From contig CAZDCF010000005.1 of NCBI GenBank assembly GCA_964503895.1, forward strand, positions 16,972 to 80,971: DNA of 64,000 bases, in the 5' to 3' direction. The translations under genes were made by a program, and so were the position numbers. The notes beneath the pieces were generated by a model, which was not told the DNA's origin, made no database searches, and was given only the letters and a program-made list of their open reading frames with translations. Shown piece after piece: positions 20,062 to 29,025 of this stretch. Origin of the DNA: an uncultured Nitrospiraceae bacterium (GTDB taxonomy: Bacteria > Nitrospirota > Nitrospiria > Nitrospirales > UBA8639). The first letter of the stretch is position 1. Every line of letters begins with the position of its first letter.

Positions 20062-20775
20062 TTATTTTTTCTCAGCTGGATAAGCCTGACAAAAGTCTTG
20101 CATAGGACAATACATGCAGTAAGCATTTCGAGCGGTACAGACCATGGCCCCGAAATCCATCAAGGCCTGGTTGAAATCATATCCTTTCCCCTTAGGGATT
20201 AATTCCTCGGACATTACCCACAACCGAGACTTTTTCGTTCTGGGATCACCGTTTCCTATGAAAACTCGATGCAACACACGCATCACATTAGTATCAAGAA
20301 TCGGTGCATCCTCATTAAAGGCAAACGACCGAACTGCGCCAGCAGTATAACGGCCAATGCCTTTCATGGACTGAAGTTCTTCAGAATCATTAGGGATCGT
20401 ACCGCCATAGCGTTCAACGGCCTCACAGGCAATACTATGCAACCGATAGGGGCGGATATTGTAACCGAGGGGATACCAAGTTTGTCGAACGTCATCAGGC
20501 TCAGCCGCAGCCAAATCTTTCAACGTAGGATACTTTTCTAAGAACTCATGGTATTTAGGAATAACCCGATCAACCTGAGTCTGCTGTAGCATTACCTCAG
20601 ATACCAAAATCTTGTACGGGTCAGACGTTCTACGCCAAGGCAAATCCCGACCAAATTCGCTATACCATTTTAAGAGCCGATTTTGGAATTTCCGTTTTGG
20701 GCCACGCGCAACCGTAGGAGGAGTTGCAGAATTTACCCTCCCAGACTTTTTAGAAGATTTTCGAAATGTTACCAT
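20062..20775 (-). CDS. mutY: A/G-specific adenine glycosylase, catalytic domain only (no C-terminal domain)
   Basis: RDLPWR, VSEVMLQQTQV, LGY, HhH KGIGRYTA, LDTNVxRV, Fe-S C-x6-C-x2-C-x5-C; ends right after the cluster. Confidence 0.9.
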   Translation of the reverse strand: MVTFRKSSKKSGRVNSATPPTVARGPKRKFQNRLLKWYSEFGRDLPWRRTSDPYKILVSEVMLQQTQVDRVIPKYHEFLEKYPTLKDLAAAEPDDVRQTWYPLGYNIRPYRLHSIACEAVERYGGTIPNDSEELQSMKGIGRYTAGAVRSFAFNEDAPILDTNVMRVLHRVFIGNGDPRTKKSRLWVMSEELIPKGKGYDFNQALMDFGAMVCTARNAYCMYCPMQDFCQAYPAEKK

Positions 20776-20805
20776 AATAAATAGAGGGATTCATAAAAAG
20801 TCATC

Positions 20806-21156
20806 TCAAAGAGACTGGATCAGCATACGCATCTCTGGGACAAGATCCCCTCCCCCGTTTGCATTACCTGATTGCGCTGCATTGATACCAGCGGTGAGTG
20901 CCGCCCTGGCTTCATCGTTCCTCTTCAGCCCAACCAACGCGCGACCTAAGGCAAAGTGAGAAGCAACGTGCACGGGATCAAGTTGCACCGCAACACGAAG
21001 GTGTTCCACAGCTTCCTCAAGATTCCCGCCTTCCTTGAGGATCTTATCCCCGAGACCATAACGTCCAAGAAATCCATCAGGTTTTTTAGCTACCATCCTC
21101 CTGAAATCCTCGACATCCATAGGTTCCTCCGATGAACAATTAGTTTTGTATTCCAC
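20806..21156 (-). CDS. TPR-repeat protein
   Basis: RYGLG..., EAVEHLRVAVQLDP..ASHFALGRAL...EARAAL TPR pattern. Confidence 0.75.
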   Translation of the reverse strand: MEYKTNCSSEEPMDVEDFRRMVAKKPDGFLGRYGLGDKILKEGGNLEEAVEHLRVAVQLDPVHVASHFALGRALVGLKRNDEARAALTAGINAAQSGNANGGGDLVPEMRMLIQSL

Positions 21157-21235
21157 CGTTTTGTAGATTATTTGACACGCACAAACCCTAGGGCTCTATG
21201 ACTCCACCCTTAGTTGTAAGTTCTTGAAAAGAAAG

Positions 21236-21322
21236 TGGTGCGGGAGACGGGAATTGAACCCGTATGCCCTTGCGGGCGCAGGATTTTAAGTCCTGTGCGT
21301 CTGCCGATTCCGCCACTCCCGC
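21236..21322 (-). tRNA. trnL: tRNA-Leu (anticodon TAA)
   Basis: GCGGGAG acceptor...CTCCCGCA-CCA; anticodon arm CAGGA-CTTAAAA-TCCTG; long variable arm; GGTTCAATTCC T-loop; 87 nt. Confidence 0.97.
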
Positions 21323-21334
21323 ACAGCGGGCGTC

Positions 21335-21363
21335 ACTCTACCATTGCGGTTGCTGACAGGCAA
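21335..21363 (-). promoter_or_regulatory. tRNA-Leu promoter
   Basis: TTGCCT-17nt-TAGAGT with TGG before the -10. Confidence 0.45.
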
Positions 21364-21404
21364 GAATGGAGGGATAAAACATCGATAAAGGCTAAGTTGA
21401 AACA

Positions 21405-22448
21405 TTATGTACGTGGAAGTTCAACGGCCTTATACCAATCCCAAAATTGACTCACCCCTTCATGCACTGAAAATTTGGGGGCATAACCTAGCAAATCTTT
21501 AGCCTTCTTAATATCCGCGTAGGTATAGGCTATATCAGCTTCAACCATAGGCGCGGGAACAAGATTAGCTGGGTTTCCCGCCAGCTGCTCTATGATCTTT
21601 ACAAAATCCGACAATAACACTGGCTGCCCACGCCCGAGATTGATTATCTCATATCCTAAAGGTCGATCGACTGCACCTATAATTCCTTGGACAATATCGG
21701 TAACAAACGTCCAATCGCGATGCATTTGCCCAGAATTATAAAATGGAACCTCACGTCCAGTAAAAATGTTATCCAAGACCTTATAAGCCATCATATCCGG
21801 ACGTCCTCGTGGGCCATATACCGTGAAAAATCTCAGCGCAGTAAACGCCAGCCCATACAAATGGTGGTACGAATATCCTATAAGTTCCCCGCCCCGCTTA
21901 CTCGCAGCATATGGGGCAAGAGGACGGTCAGAGACATCATGTTCAACAAAGGGAATTTGTTTGGTATTACCATATACTGAGGAAGTTGAGGCAAAGACAA
22001 ACGTCGGCAACGAATCTGGCTTTACTTCTCTAGTTGTCCGGCCAACAGCAGCATCAAGAAGATTTAAGGTGCCCATAATATTCACATCGTAATACACATG
22101 GGGATTTTCTATCGACACTCGAACTCCAGCCATAGCCGCCAGATGGACAATTGCATCAAACGAATAAGTAGAAAAAATTTTAGCCACCAGTTTCTTATCG
22201 CGAATATCGCCTTCCACAAAGTCAAGGGCATTTGCCTGTCCTGATTTCGTTAGGACCTGACGCACCTCTTCAAGGTTAGCGCGTTTTCGTGCAGGATTGT
22301 AATAATCATTGAGGTTATCTAAACCAATAACCTTGTCGCCTCGAGACGCAAGAAGTTGAGCAGTATGACTACCAATAAACCCTGCTGCACCGGTTACTAG
22401 AATTGTTTTACCCAAGGATTCTCCCCACGACTGAGCTACCCATATCAA
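21405..22448 (-). CDS. NAD-dependent nucleotide-sugar epimerase (UDP-glucuronate 4-epimerase-like)
   Basis: LVTGAAGFIG, HLAAMAGVR, ASTSSVYG, YAASK, LRFFTVYGPRGRPDM; start may be near 22415. Confidence 0.92.
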   Translation of the reverse strand: MIWVAQSWGESLGKTILVTGAAGFIGSHTAQLLASRGDKVIGLDNLNDYYNPARKRANLEEVRQVLTKSGQANALDFVEGDIRDKKLVAKIFSTYSFDAIVHLAAMAGVRVSIENPHVYYDVNIMGTLNLLDAAVGRTTREVKPDSLPTFVFASTSSVYGNTKQIPFVEHDVSDRPLAPYAASKRGGELIGYSYHHLYGLAFTALRFFTVYGPRGRPDMMAYKVLDNIFTGREVPFYNSGQMHRDWTFVTDIVQGIIGAVDRPLGYEIINLGRGQPVLLSDFVKIIEQLAGNPANLVPAPMVEADIAYTYADIKKAKDLLGYAPKFSVHEGVSQFWDWYKAVELPRT

Positions 22449-22690
22449 AAGGGTTTACCAAGAAAATACTGTAATAGCACGGGCAGTTCTGTCTCAACAC
22501 TTTTTCATCAATCCTAAAAAGTTGGGGCTAAAGTTCCAGAACAAATCTTACTGTATACATATTGAGTCAGACCATCACCATTGGTAAAATACGAGAATTA
22601 CCCGTTTTTTTCTGGTTATAGACAAAATACTCAATCACACCCATCTGCCTTGTTCTTTTTCCATAGGGTTCGAAGGGCCTGATTTTCAAG

Positions 22691-22987
22691 ATGGAACCAC
22701 TCGCGACCACCGAAGTCAAGGACATTACAGAAGAAGATACTGGTCTCAAAACCGGGAAGGACTTTGAGTGTAAAGTCATTGTCTACAATTGTGACTGCCA
22801 CACCTATCAGCAGGTCATCGATCTTTTCTGCCGTTTCATACCTGGAATGAATTCGTCCAAAGCATTTGAACTCGCATGGCGAATTGATCATCAAGGAAGT
22901 GCAGAGGTCTATCAAGGCTCAAGGAAAATGGCTGAAAATATTGCCGCTAAACTCGCCGGAGGCGGGCTCCGGGTCGAAGTCAGATAA
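22691..22987 (+). CDS. clpS: ATP-dependent Clp protease adaptor ClpS
   Basis: KVIVYNxDxHT...V...A..LAWRIDxQGSAEV fold pattern; pocket residues variant. Confidence 0.8.
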   Translation: MEPLATTEVKDITEEDTGLKTGKDFECKVIVYNCDCHTYQQVIDLFCRFIPGMNSSKAFELAWRIDHQGSAEVYQGSRKMAENIAAKLAGGGLRVEVR

Positions 22988-23099
22988 TTCAAACCTCAGG
23001 GCACTCCCTCAAATTCAGATTGGCTCGAGTCTGACACTTCTCTCCACTATTGGGTCACTCTGGAATACTCTTTGGATTAAAGAAATTGGCTGCTTTAGG

Positions 23100-23756
23100 C
23101 TATTTTCTGCGCTTATTCTTTCTAGCCAACTTTGCCTTAGGAGTGACTTTTACCCTGACTCGTGAAGCAGAAGCACTTTTGGAGGAAATTCTTTTCTTGG
23201 TCTTAGCTCTACCCTTAGCCTTGGCACTTGATTGAACCCGGGGGTTCAACCGAACTTTGCCTTTTACCTTGGCTTTGATCTGGGACTTCTTAGCTTTTGC
23301 TAGAGCTTTCGATTTCAGCCTGGCTTGGATTTTTAGTTTTTTCTTCGGCTTAACTTTGCCTTTTGGCTTTGACTTGGCCATCACAATCTTCTTCTTTTCC
23401 CCTAAGGCCTTCACCGGTTTAACCTTATGAGCCTTTCCTTTCTTCGAAAGTGTGGGCCTTGAAGATTTTTGGGGCTTGGAGGACACGGATTCCGATTTGC
23501 GGGCGACCGGACGTAAAGATCTTAGCGCTGGTTTTTTCGCGGTCGGAAGGACTGCTTTTGTTTTGGATGTGGAAGGAGGAGCGGGCAGTTTTCTAATTTT
23601 CAAGGATTTGAGACTATTTCCACTGTAGACTTTAACCTGATACAACTCCATGAGCTTGCTGACAGCCTTTTGGTCACCCTTCCGAGCCAGCGTGAGCAAA
23701 TGGCGCCGCTGGTTCATCTCCTCTTCTTCAGTATGTGAGGTAACTCGCCTCTCCAT
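23100..23756 (-). CDS. Lys/Ala/Ser-rich basic low-complexity protein (histone H1-like)
   Basis: Very high Lys/Arg content, repeated KAK/KPK; short N-terminal helical segment. Confidence 0.6.
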   Translation of the reverse strand: MERRVTSHTEEEEMNQRRHLLTLARKGDQKAVSKLMELYQVKVYSGNSLKSLKIRKLPAPPSTSKTKAVLPTAKKPALRSLRPVARKSESVSSKPQKSSRPTLSKKGKAHKVKPVKALGEKKKIVMAKSKPKGKVKPKKKLKIQARLKSKALAKAKKSQIKAKVKGKVRLNPRVQSSAKAKGRAKTKKRISSKSASASRVRVKVTPKAKLARKNKRRK

Positions 23757-24084
23757 GATAAAACGCCCACAGAACCCTTTAAGCTAGAAAGAACCAATCT
23801 CGAAAGCCCTGAAAAATCACAGTAATCTACACCTTTAAAAAAATATTTTCCAGCTGGAAGTATCGAAAACTACTCAAAAATATCTGCCATTTTACCTGGT
23901 TGTAATTTGAACAGTCTCAGACATCCTGGTTGGCAGGTTTAGTAAAGAAGATGGAACCTCAAAGCCGATGACTAAGGAAATCAATTTTGTTGATATAACC
24001 ATAAACTCGCAGGCGTCTTCAGCCAAACAACGGATTTGCCCGAAAATCAAAAAAGGGTTGGAAATTTCTATCCGATTCACAAGA

Positions 24085-24270
24085 CTATTGTTTAGCAAAT
24101 ACGGTTGCATCACATGAAAAATATTTCAGTTGCTTGAAAGGAATGATCATGATCTCCTGCGGCGTATCAATTTCCAAGACTTCCATGTCGTCACTGATGG
24201 TATGCCGAACTGCATTATTAACTATAACTTCTTGATTATCCGTAAATACAACTTTCACCCAATACTGCAC
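24085..24270 (-). CDS. Small hypothetical protein (61 aa)
   Basis: AGGAG SD upstream; beta-rich protein-like sequence MQYWVKVVFTD... Confidence 0.6.
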   Translation of the reverse strand: MQYWVKVVFTDNQEVIVNNAVRHTISDDMEVLEIDTPQEIMIIPFKQLKYFSCDATVFAKQ

Positions 24271-24351
24271 AATAGACTCCTTTCATCAACGCTACAGGAG
24301 AAAACATTTTTTTCGCCCAACGGGAAAAATATGACATTATAGATAAACCAT

Positions 24352-25209
24352 TCACTTCTTTTTTTTCGTTCGGAGAGCCGACTCCTTGTACCCCACGGAT
24401 TGCCCTAATTCCCGAGAACGTTGCGTCGCACTCTGAACCGCATTGATTACTGTGCCTCGAAGTTTCCCCTCTTCCAAGCTATGTAACCCCGCGATCGTGG
24501 TCCCACCCGGCGAGGCCACACGATCCTTTAATGTACCAGGATGTTCTACACTATTGATGACCATTTTTGCCGCTCCCAATACAGTTTGGGCAGCTAATAC
24601 TCGAGCCACCGATCGCGGCAACCCCATTTTCACTCCGCCATCAGCTAATGCTTCAATAAATACATAGACATAGGCCGGCCCGCCACCGCTCAGCCCTGTA
24701 ACCGTATCAATATGGGATTCCTCGACAACCACGACTTTCCCCACGGCTTCAAAAATAGACTTGCCAAGTTCGAGGTGCTGATCTGATACTCCGGGACCTC
24801 CAGTTATCGCGGTAGCACCCTCCAAAACAATACTGGGGGTATTCGGCATGACCCTGATGATCGGCGCCTTCCATTTCAAACCCGCTTGAATTCTTGAAAT
24901 TGGGACCCCGGCCGCCACAGAAATGATCAACGGTCGGGTACGCCCTGAGAGCTTTAGCTCCGCGAGAACCTTTTCAAGAACCTGAGGCTTGACACATAAA
25001 ATAACAATGGTGGCCTTTTGCACAGCTTCCACATTGTTGGATCCTACCCGTACACCGTATCGAGTCTCAAAATGCCGAAGGCGTTCGCTCGAGATATCCG
25101 TAGCGAAAATCTGTGAAGGCTGGACGACCTGGCATTGAAGAAGCCCTGAGACTAAGGCTTCGGCAATATTTCCGGCACCAATAATAGCAATTCTCTGATT
25201 TTTCAGCAT
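24352..25209 (-). CDS. proC: Pyrroline-5-carboxylate reductase
   Basis: IGAGNIAEA, LCVKPQ, ISVAAG, RVMPNTP, GLSGGGPAY, VASPGGTT. Confidence 0.97.
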   Translation of the reverse strand: MLKNQRIAIIGAGNIAEALVSGLLQCQVVQPSQIFATDISSERLRHFETRYGVRVGSNNVEAVQKATIVILCVKPQVLEKVLAELKLSGRTRPLIISVAAGVPISRIQAGLKWKAPIIRVMPNTPSIVLEGATAITGGPGVSDQHLELGKSIFEAVGKVVVVEESHIDTVTGLSGGGPAYVYVFIEALADGGVKMGLPRSVARVLAAQTVLGAAKMVINSVEHPGTLKDRVASPGGTTIAGLHSLEEGKLRGTVINAVQSATQRSRELGQSVGYKESALRTKKKK

Positions 25210-25295
25210 AACTGGGCGAGTATAGCCTCTGGTTGGCCCCCATTCAACTTAATGAATTGTTGATCCTCTAAAAACTGGCCAAGGCTTAAACAAGC

Positions 25296-25325
25296 TTGAT
25301 GCCATTTTCCTGGGAGGAGTATAGT
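25296..25325 (+). promoter_or_regulatory. sigma70-type promoter for the HEAT-protein pair
   Basis: TTGATG-18nt-TATAGT. Confidence 0.45.
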
Positions 25326-25481
25326 AAACAAGTTAGAAAGGTGTGGAAAATCGAGGAAATTAAGAGGCGCCACAACTAATATAACTCGATACCATTTTCA
25401 TTTAAACTATTGTTTTGGTCATCAAAAACCCAAGTAGCCACCCATGACGCTATGGCGTGACCATGCCAAAGGAGGCTCCTT

Positions 25482-26582
25482 ATGAAAAAATGGTCATTTT
25501 TCACCTGGTCTCTTTTAGCTCTAATTATCTTTGATGTCTCTGGCAGTTTCGCCAGACGAACACATCTCACGGCGGAACAAAAAGATCAACTCGAAAAAAC
25601 TCAAACTATTCTAGTCTCGGTTTTGGCTCTAACAGAAAAGGGTCGTACTGATAGCACTCGCCTACAAGAAATTGTTATCCGGCGTCTTGAGGAGGTCGGA
25701 TACACGCTAGTTATAGATCGAAAGCAACCCCACGATGTTGAATTCAAGGTTAAATGTGAAGAACGAAAGACATGGGCTGGTACTACAGCTCAAGGAGGAG
25801 ACGCCGAACTTGCTGATGCCCCAACCCGACTTTGGAAGGGCCCGGCATGTCTTTTTACATACCTTCTCGGCGGGCAAGGGCTTGGATGGTATAAGGAAAT
25901 CCGAACACATTTTGAAGACGCCACCAGTGCCGCCAAAGACGCAGGGGGCAAAGATTCTGGCTCATATGCCCTGGAACAATTAACCACCCAGGTTCAAAAT
26001 TATGACTTCCCTGTTCTCATCACCGCCGAGTGGGGACAACCTAACCGTTTGATAAAGCTCCTAAATAACCCTACAACCTCTAAACTCCGGCAACTCAAAA
26101 TTCTTTCTACCCTAAGTTCTCTTGAAGCCGATAAAGCCCTTCCTCAATTGACTAAATTGATGAAACAAAAAGACCTGGCCCAAGAAGCCATTACCGCACT
26201 AAAAGGTGTTGGGGCCGATTCCATACCCATACTCATAGACTTGTTTCAGAATTCTCAACAAACCGAGATTCAAGCAGCTGCTGCCAAAGCATTAGGTGAC
26301 GTGGCTGGATCCACCGGTGATCCCACCGCCATTCCCCCACTCTTGAAATACCTAAAAACCTCATTAAAAACTATGAAAACTTCGCAGGACATAAATTTTC
26401 CTGTGCTAACGGAAGTGGTTTGGTCCATTGGCAAATTACGTGATGACAATTCCATGGAACCCATGACAGAGCTTAATGAAAAAGTCTGGTTGATATATGA
26501 CAAATCTCAGGAAATGACAAACCTTCGAGAAGCCACAAATTGGACCTATAAGCAACTAGACCTTGATGGGCATGTAAGCTAA
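25482..26582 (+). CDS. Exported protein with C-terminal HEAT repeats, paralogue 1
   Basis: Signal peptide, AAAKALG / VVWSIG HEAT-like helices; AGGAGG SD. Confidence 0.75.
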   Translation: MKKWSFFTWSLLALIIFDVSGSFARRTHLTAEQKDQLEKTQTILVSVLALTEKGRTDSTRLQEIVIRRLEEVGYTLVIDRKQPHDVEFKVKCEERKTWAGTTAQGGDAELADAPTRLWKGPACLFTYLLGGQGLGWYKEIRTHFEDATSAAKDAGGKDSGSYALEQLTTQVQNYDFPVLITAEWGQPNRLIKLLNNPTTSKLRQLKILSTLSSLEADKALPQLTKLMKQKDLAQEAITALKGVGADSIPILIDLFQNSQQTEIQAAAAKALGDVAGSTGDPTAIPPLLKYLKTSLKTMKTSQDINFPVLTEVVWSIGKLRDDNSMEPMTELNEKVWLIYDKSQEMTNLREATNWTYKQLDLDGHVS

Positions 26583-26646
26583 AATCCATGGTCATATATG
26601 TTTCTGTATTAAGTGACAGATTCAATCCCGTTGAGGAGGCTTCATA

Positions 26647-27756
26647 ATGATAAAAGGGAAAAAAAGAATGCTAATATTTGCCTGTCTTATACTATTGGGA
26701 CTCGCAACGGATAGTGCGGCTCGTCGATCACATATTAACCCAGAGCAACGAGAGAAATTAGTAAAAATCCAAACTGTGTATGTTAACGTCTTAACATTAA
26801 CGGAAGACGGAAAAATTCCATCCGACGACATTATGGCCATCATTAAAACAAGGATGGAAGAGTTAGCCTACAAAGTCGTTATCGACCGAAAAACCAAACA
26901 CGATGTCCAATTATGGGTCAAATGCGAAGAGCAGGCACGCTGGAAAGGAACAACACGATCAGGGGGTGATGCGGAATTAGCTGATGCTCCTTTACGAGTC
27001 TGGAGAGGACCTGCTTGCTTATTTAACTATCGATTAGATGGGCAAGATTTAGGGTGGTACAAACAAACACGTACAGATTTCGAAGATGCGTATGCAGCCG
27101 CGAAGAACGCTAAAGCGAAGAATTCAGGTAGGTACGCCATGACTCAACTCATGTTGAAACTACAGGAGTTTGACTTTCCCGTCATGATTGCAACGGAATG
27201 GAAACACACCGATCGACTGGCAAAACTACTTGAAGCGCCAAAGACCACCAAGGCTCGAAAACTCCGTATCCTCAAGACACTCTCCAGAATCGCATCGAAG
27301 GAAGCCTTTCCTCATTTAGTCAAATTAGCAGGAGATGAAAACGCAGAATTCGCGGAAGGAGCAATCATTGCTTTGTCGGGCATTGGCAGGGCCGCTACCC
27401 CGATCTTGACCGATATTTTTGTAACCACAAAGAACTCACGTATCCAGGCCGCAGCAGCAAAAAGCCTTGGGCTCGTCGGAGTTCACGCCGGCGACCCGAG
27501 AATTACCCCGCCCCTTCTTGATTATCTGAATAAAAATCTCGAAGACATGGATGAATCATCAGATATAGATTTTCCCGTGTTGACCGCAGTAGTGTGGGGC
27601 ATTGCTGGACTCCGCAATGACAATTCTATTGTCCCAATTGAACAACTCAACATCAAAATTTGGTTAATCCGAGATAATTCAGAGGAAATGCGAAAGCTGC
27701 GTGACGCAGCCAATGTAGCTACCAAAATGGTCGACCTCGATTACCAAATTATGTAA
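26647..27756 (+). CDS. Exported protein with C-terminal HEAT repeats, paralogue 2
   Basis: Collinear with 25482..26582 (VKCEE, GGDAELADAP, GPACLF, LGWYK shared). Confidence 0.75.
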   Translation: MIKGKKRMLIFACLILLGLATDSAARRSHINPEQREKLVKIQTVYVNVLTLTEDGKIPSDDIMAIIKTRMEELAYKVVIDRKTKHDVQLWVKCEEQARWKGTTRSGGDAELADAPLRVWRGPACLFNYRLDGQDLGWYKQTRTDFEDAYAAAKNAKAKNSGRYAMTQLMLKLQEFDFPVMIATEWKHTDRLAKLLEAPKTTKARKLRILKTLSRIASKEAFPHLVKLAGDENAEFAEGAIIALSGIGRAATPILTDIFVTTKNSRIQAAAAKSLGLVGVHAGDPRITPPLLDYLNKNLEDMDESSDIDFPVLTAVVWGIAGLRNDNSIVPIEQLNIKIWLIRDNSEEMRKLRDAANVATKMVDLDYQIM

Positions 27757-27782
27757 ATCAAGGACCTCAACATTCTAAGAGC

Positions 27783-27826
27783 AAAGGGCCTCCTTCTTAA
27801 GAATAGAAAGAAGGAGGCCCTTTTTT
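27783..27826 (+). terminator. Intrinsic terminator
   Basis: Perfect 16-bp stem AAAGGGCCTCCTTCTT / AAGAAGGAGGCCCTTT, 9-nt loop, T-run. Confidence 0.88.
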
Positions 27827-27848
27827 CAAAAAAGAACGAGTTCATGCC

Positions 27849-28406
27849 ATGACTAAGCTACGATCAGCTTCATCGACCCACACGTTGACTTCTCATATCA
27901 TGATTCTTCTTACTTTTTCCTTACTCATCCCCATAATCACACCTATATCTTATGCTCAAATTCCAGAAAAGCATGCCGAACTCATACGTTTACTTCTTAT
28001 GCGTGACAAAGCAGAAGAAGCCATGTCGATGGGCGACCCAGAGGGAGCTTCACTCAATGCAGGCAAAGCCGCACTTATGGCGGCACTATTAGCTAAAAAG
28101 GAAGGCGATCCTGAACTTCAAACCTATTTTAAAGGCCTTGAAACCATGCTTCGAGCACAAGAAAATGTGTATCGGGCAATTGGCTTGTATCAACAAAGCG
28201 GAGAACAAGTCCCAGCTTCCTCAGGAGTATGCCGTTCCATCCATCTTGCTGCAGCCAACAGAAAAAAGGCTCAAAACTTAATGCAAAATCCTTCATCTTC
28301 AGGAGGCCCATTGCTTCAGAACCTGCTGATGGAATTACAGGAGTGGGAAAAAACAATTGAAGAACTACGAACCGATCTCATATGCCAAAAAATGTCACAC
28401 CGATAA
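27849..28406 (+). CDS. Hypothetical exported helical protein
   Basis: Signal-peptide-like stretch then TPR-like helices. Confidence 0.6.
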   Translation: MTKLRSASSTHTLTSHIMILLTFSLLIPIITPISYAQIPEKHAELIRLLLMRDKAEEAMSMGDPEGASLNAGKAALMAALLAKKEGDPELQTYFKGLETMLRAQENVYRAIGLYQQSGEQVPASSGVCRSIHLAAANRKKAQNLMQNPSSSGGPLLQNLLMELQEWEKTIEELRTDLICQKMSHR

Positions 28407-28617
28407 GAAAAAACAAGGTTAGTGCTATTCGACGAACCGAACATTGTCCGCATACTGCACACGAAGAGACATTAGAGAAAACCATAAAAAAATGCTATCA
28501 TGCGCTCCTACCCTGTCAAGAAAGTCACAAATGCAAAAACTACGTTATTACAGTGTGTTACAAGGATAACACTCGTGGGCATCGACAAACACGAACAGGT
28601 CAAAAGGAGAAGAAACC

Positions 28618-28788
28618 ATGGCTGAAGTAAAAGTCGAGGATGGGATTATTAAGGTGATTGGGTTAGATATTCAAGATCCTAAGATTGCCAAGATTTTGGC
28701 GGAATACCCCGAAAATCGGTGGTGTGAAGTTACCAGGCGTGCAATCAAAATCGGGTTAGGCTATCTACAAGGCGGGGCTCAGGATTGA
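28618..28788 (+). CDS. Small hypothetical protein (56 aa), missed by ORF track
   Basis: AAGGAG SD then MAEVKVEDGIIKVIGLDIQDPKIAKILAEYPENRWCEVTRRAIKIGLGYLQGGAQD*. Confidence 0.7.
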   Translation: MAEVKVEDGIIKVIGLDIQDPKIAKILAEYPENRWCEVTRRAIKIGLGYLQGGAQD

Positions 28789-29025
28789 CGGTCCGTTATG
28801 ATTGGCGACTTCGTAATACCCCGTGAGTAAAGTAACAACTATTCTAAAAACATACGAAAACAGATTTAGTTTTATTTCTTATATAACAGAAAACTACGAT
28901 CCCGCCACTCCAAACCTAGTACCATTGATATTAAGGACTATCTTCAAAAATGACGACATGCTCGAAGCGGAATTTCTCACTTCATTCATTTCCATCGATG
29001 TTAAAAAAATGGAAAAACGCAACAA

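Noticed and set aside
20806-21322. tRNA-Leu as an island integration site
   Set aside because: No integrase, no duplicated tRNA 3' end, and the flanking genes look like core genes.
21235-21450. 71-aa ORF MVRETGIEPVCPCG...
   Set aside because: It is the antisense reading of tRNA-Leu.
25453-25468. TGGCGTGACCATGCCA as a sigma54 promoter or operator
   Set aside because: GG-GC spacing is 9 nt, not 10; a single short palindrome without support.
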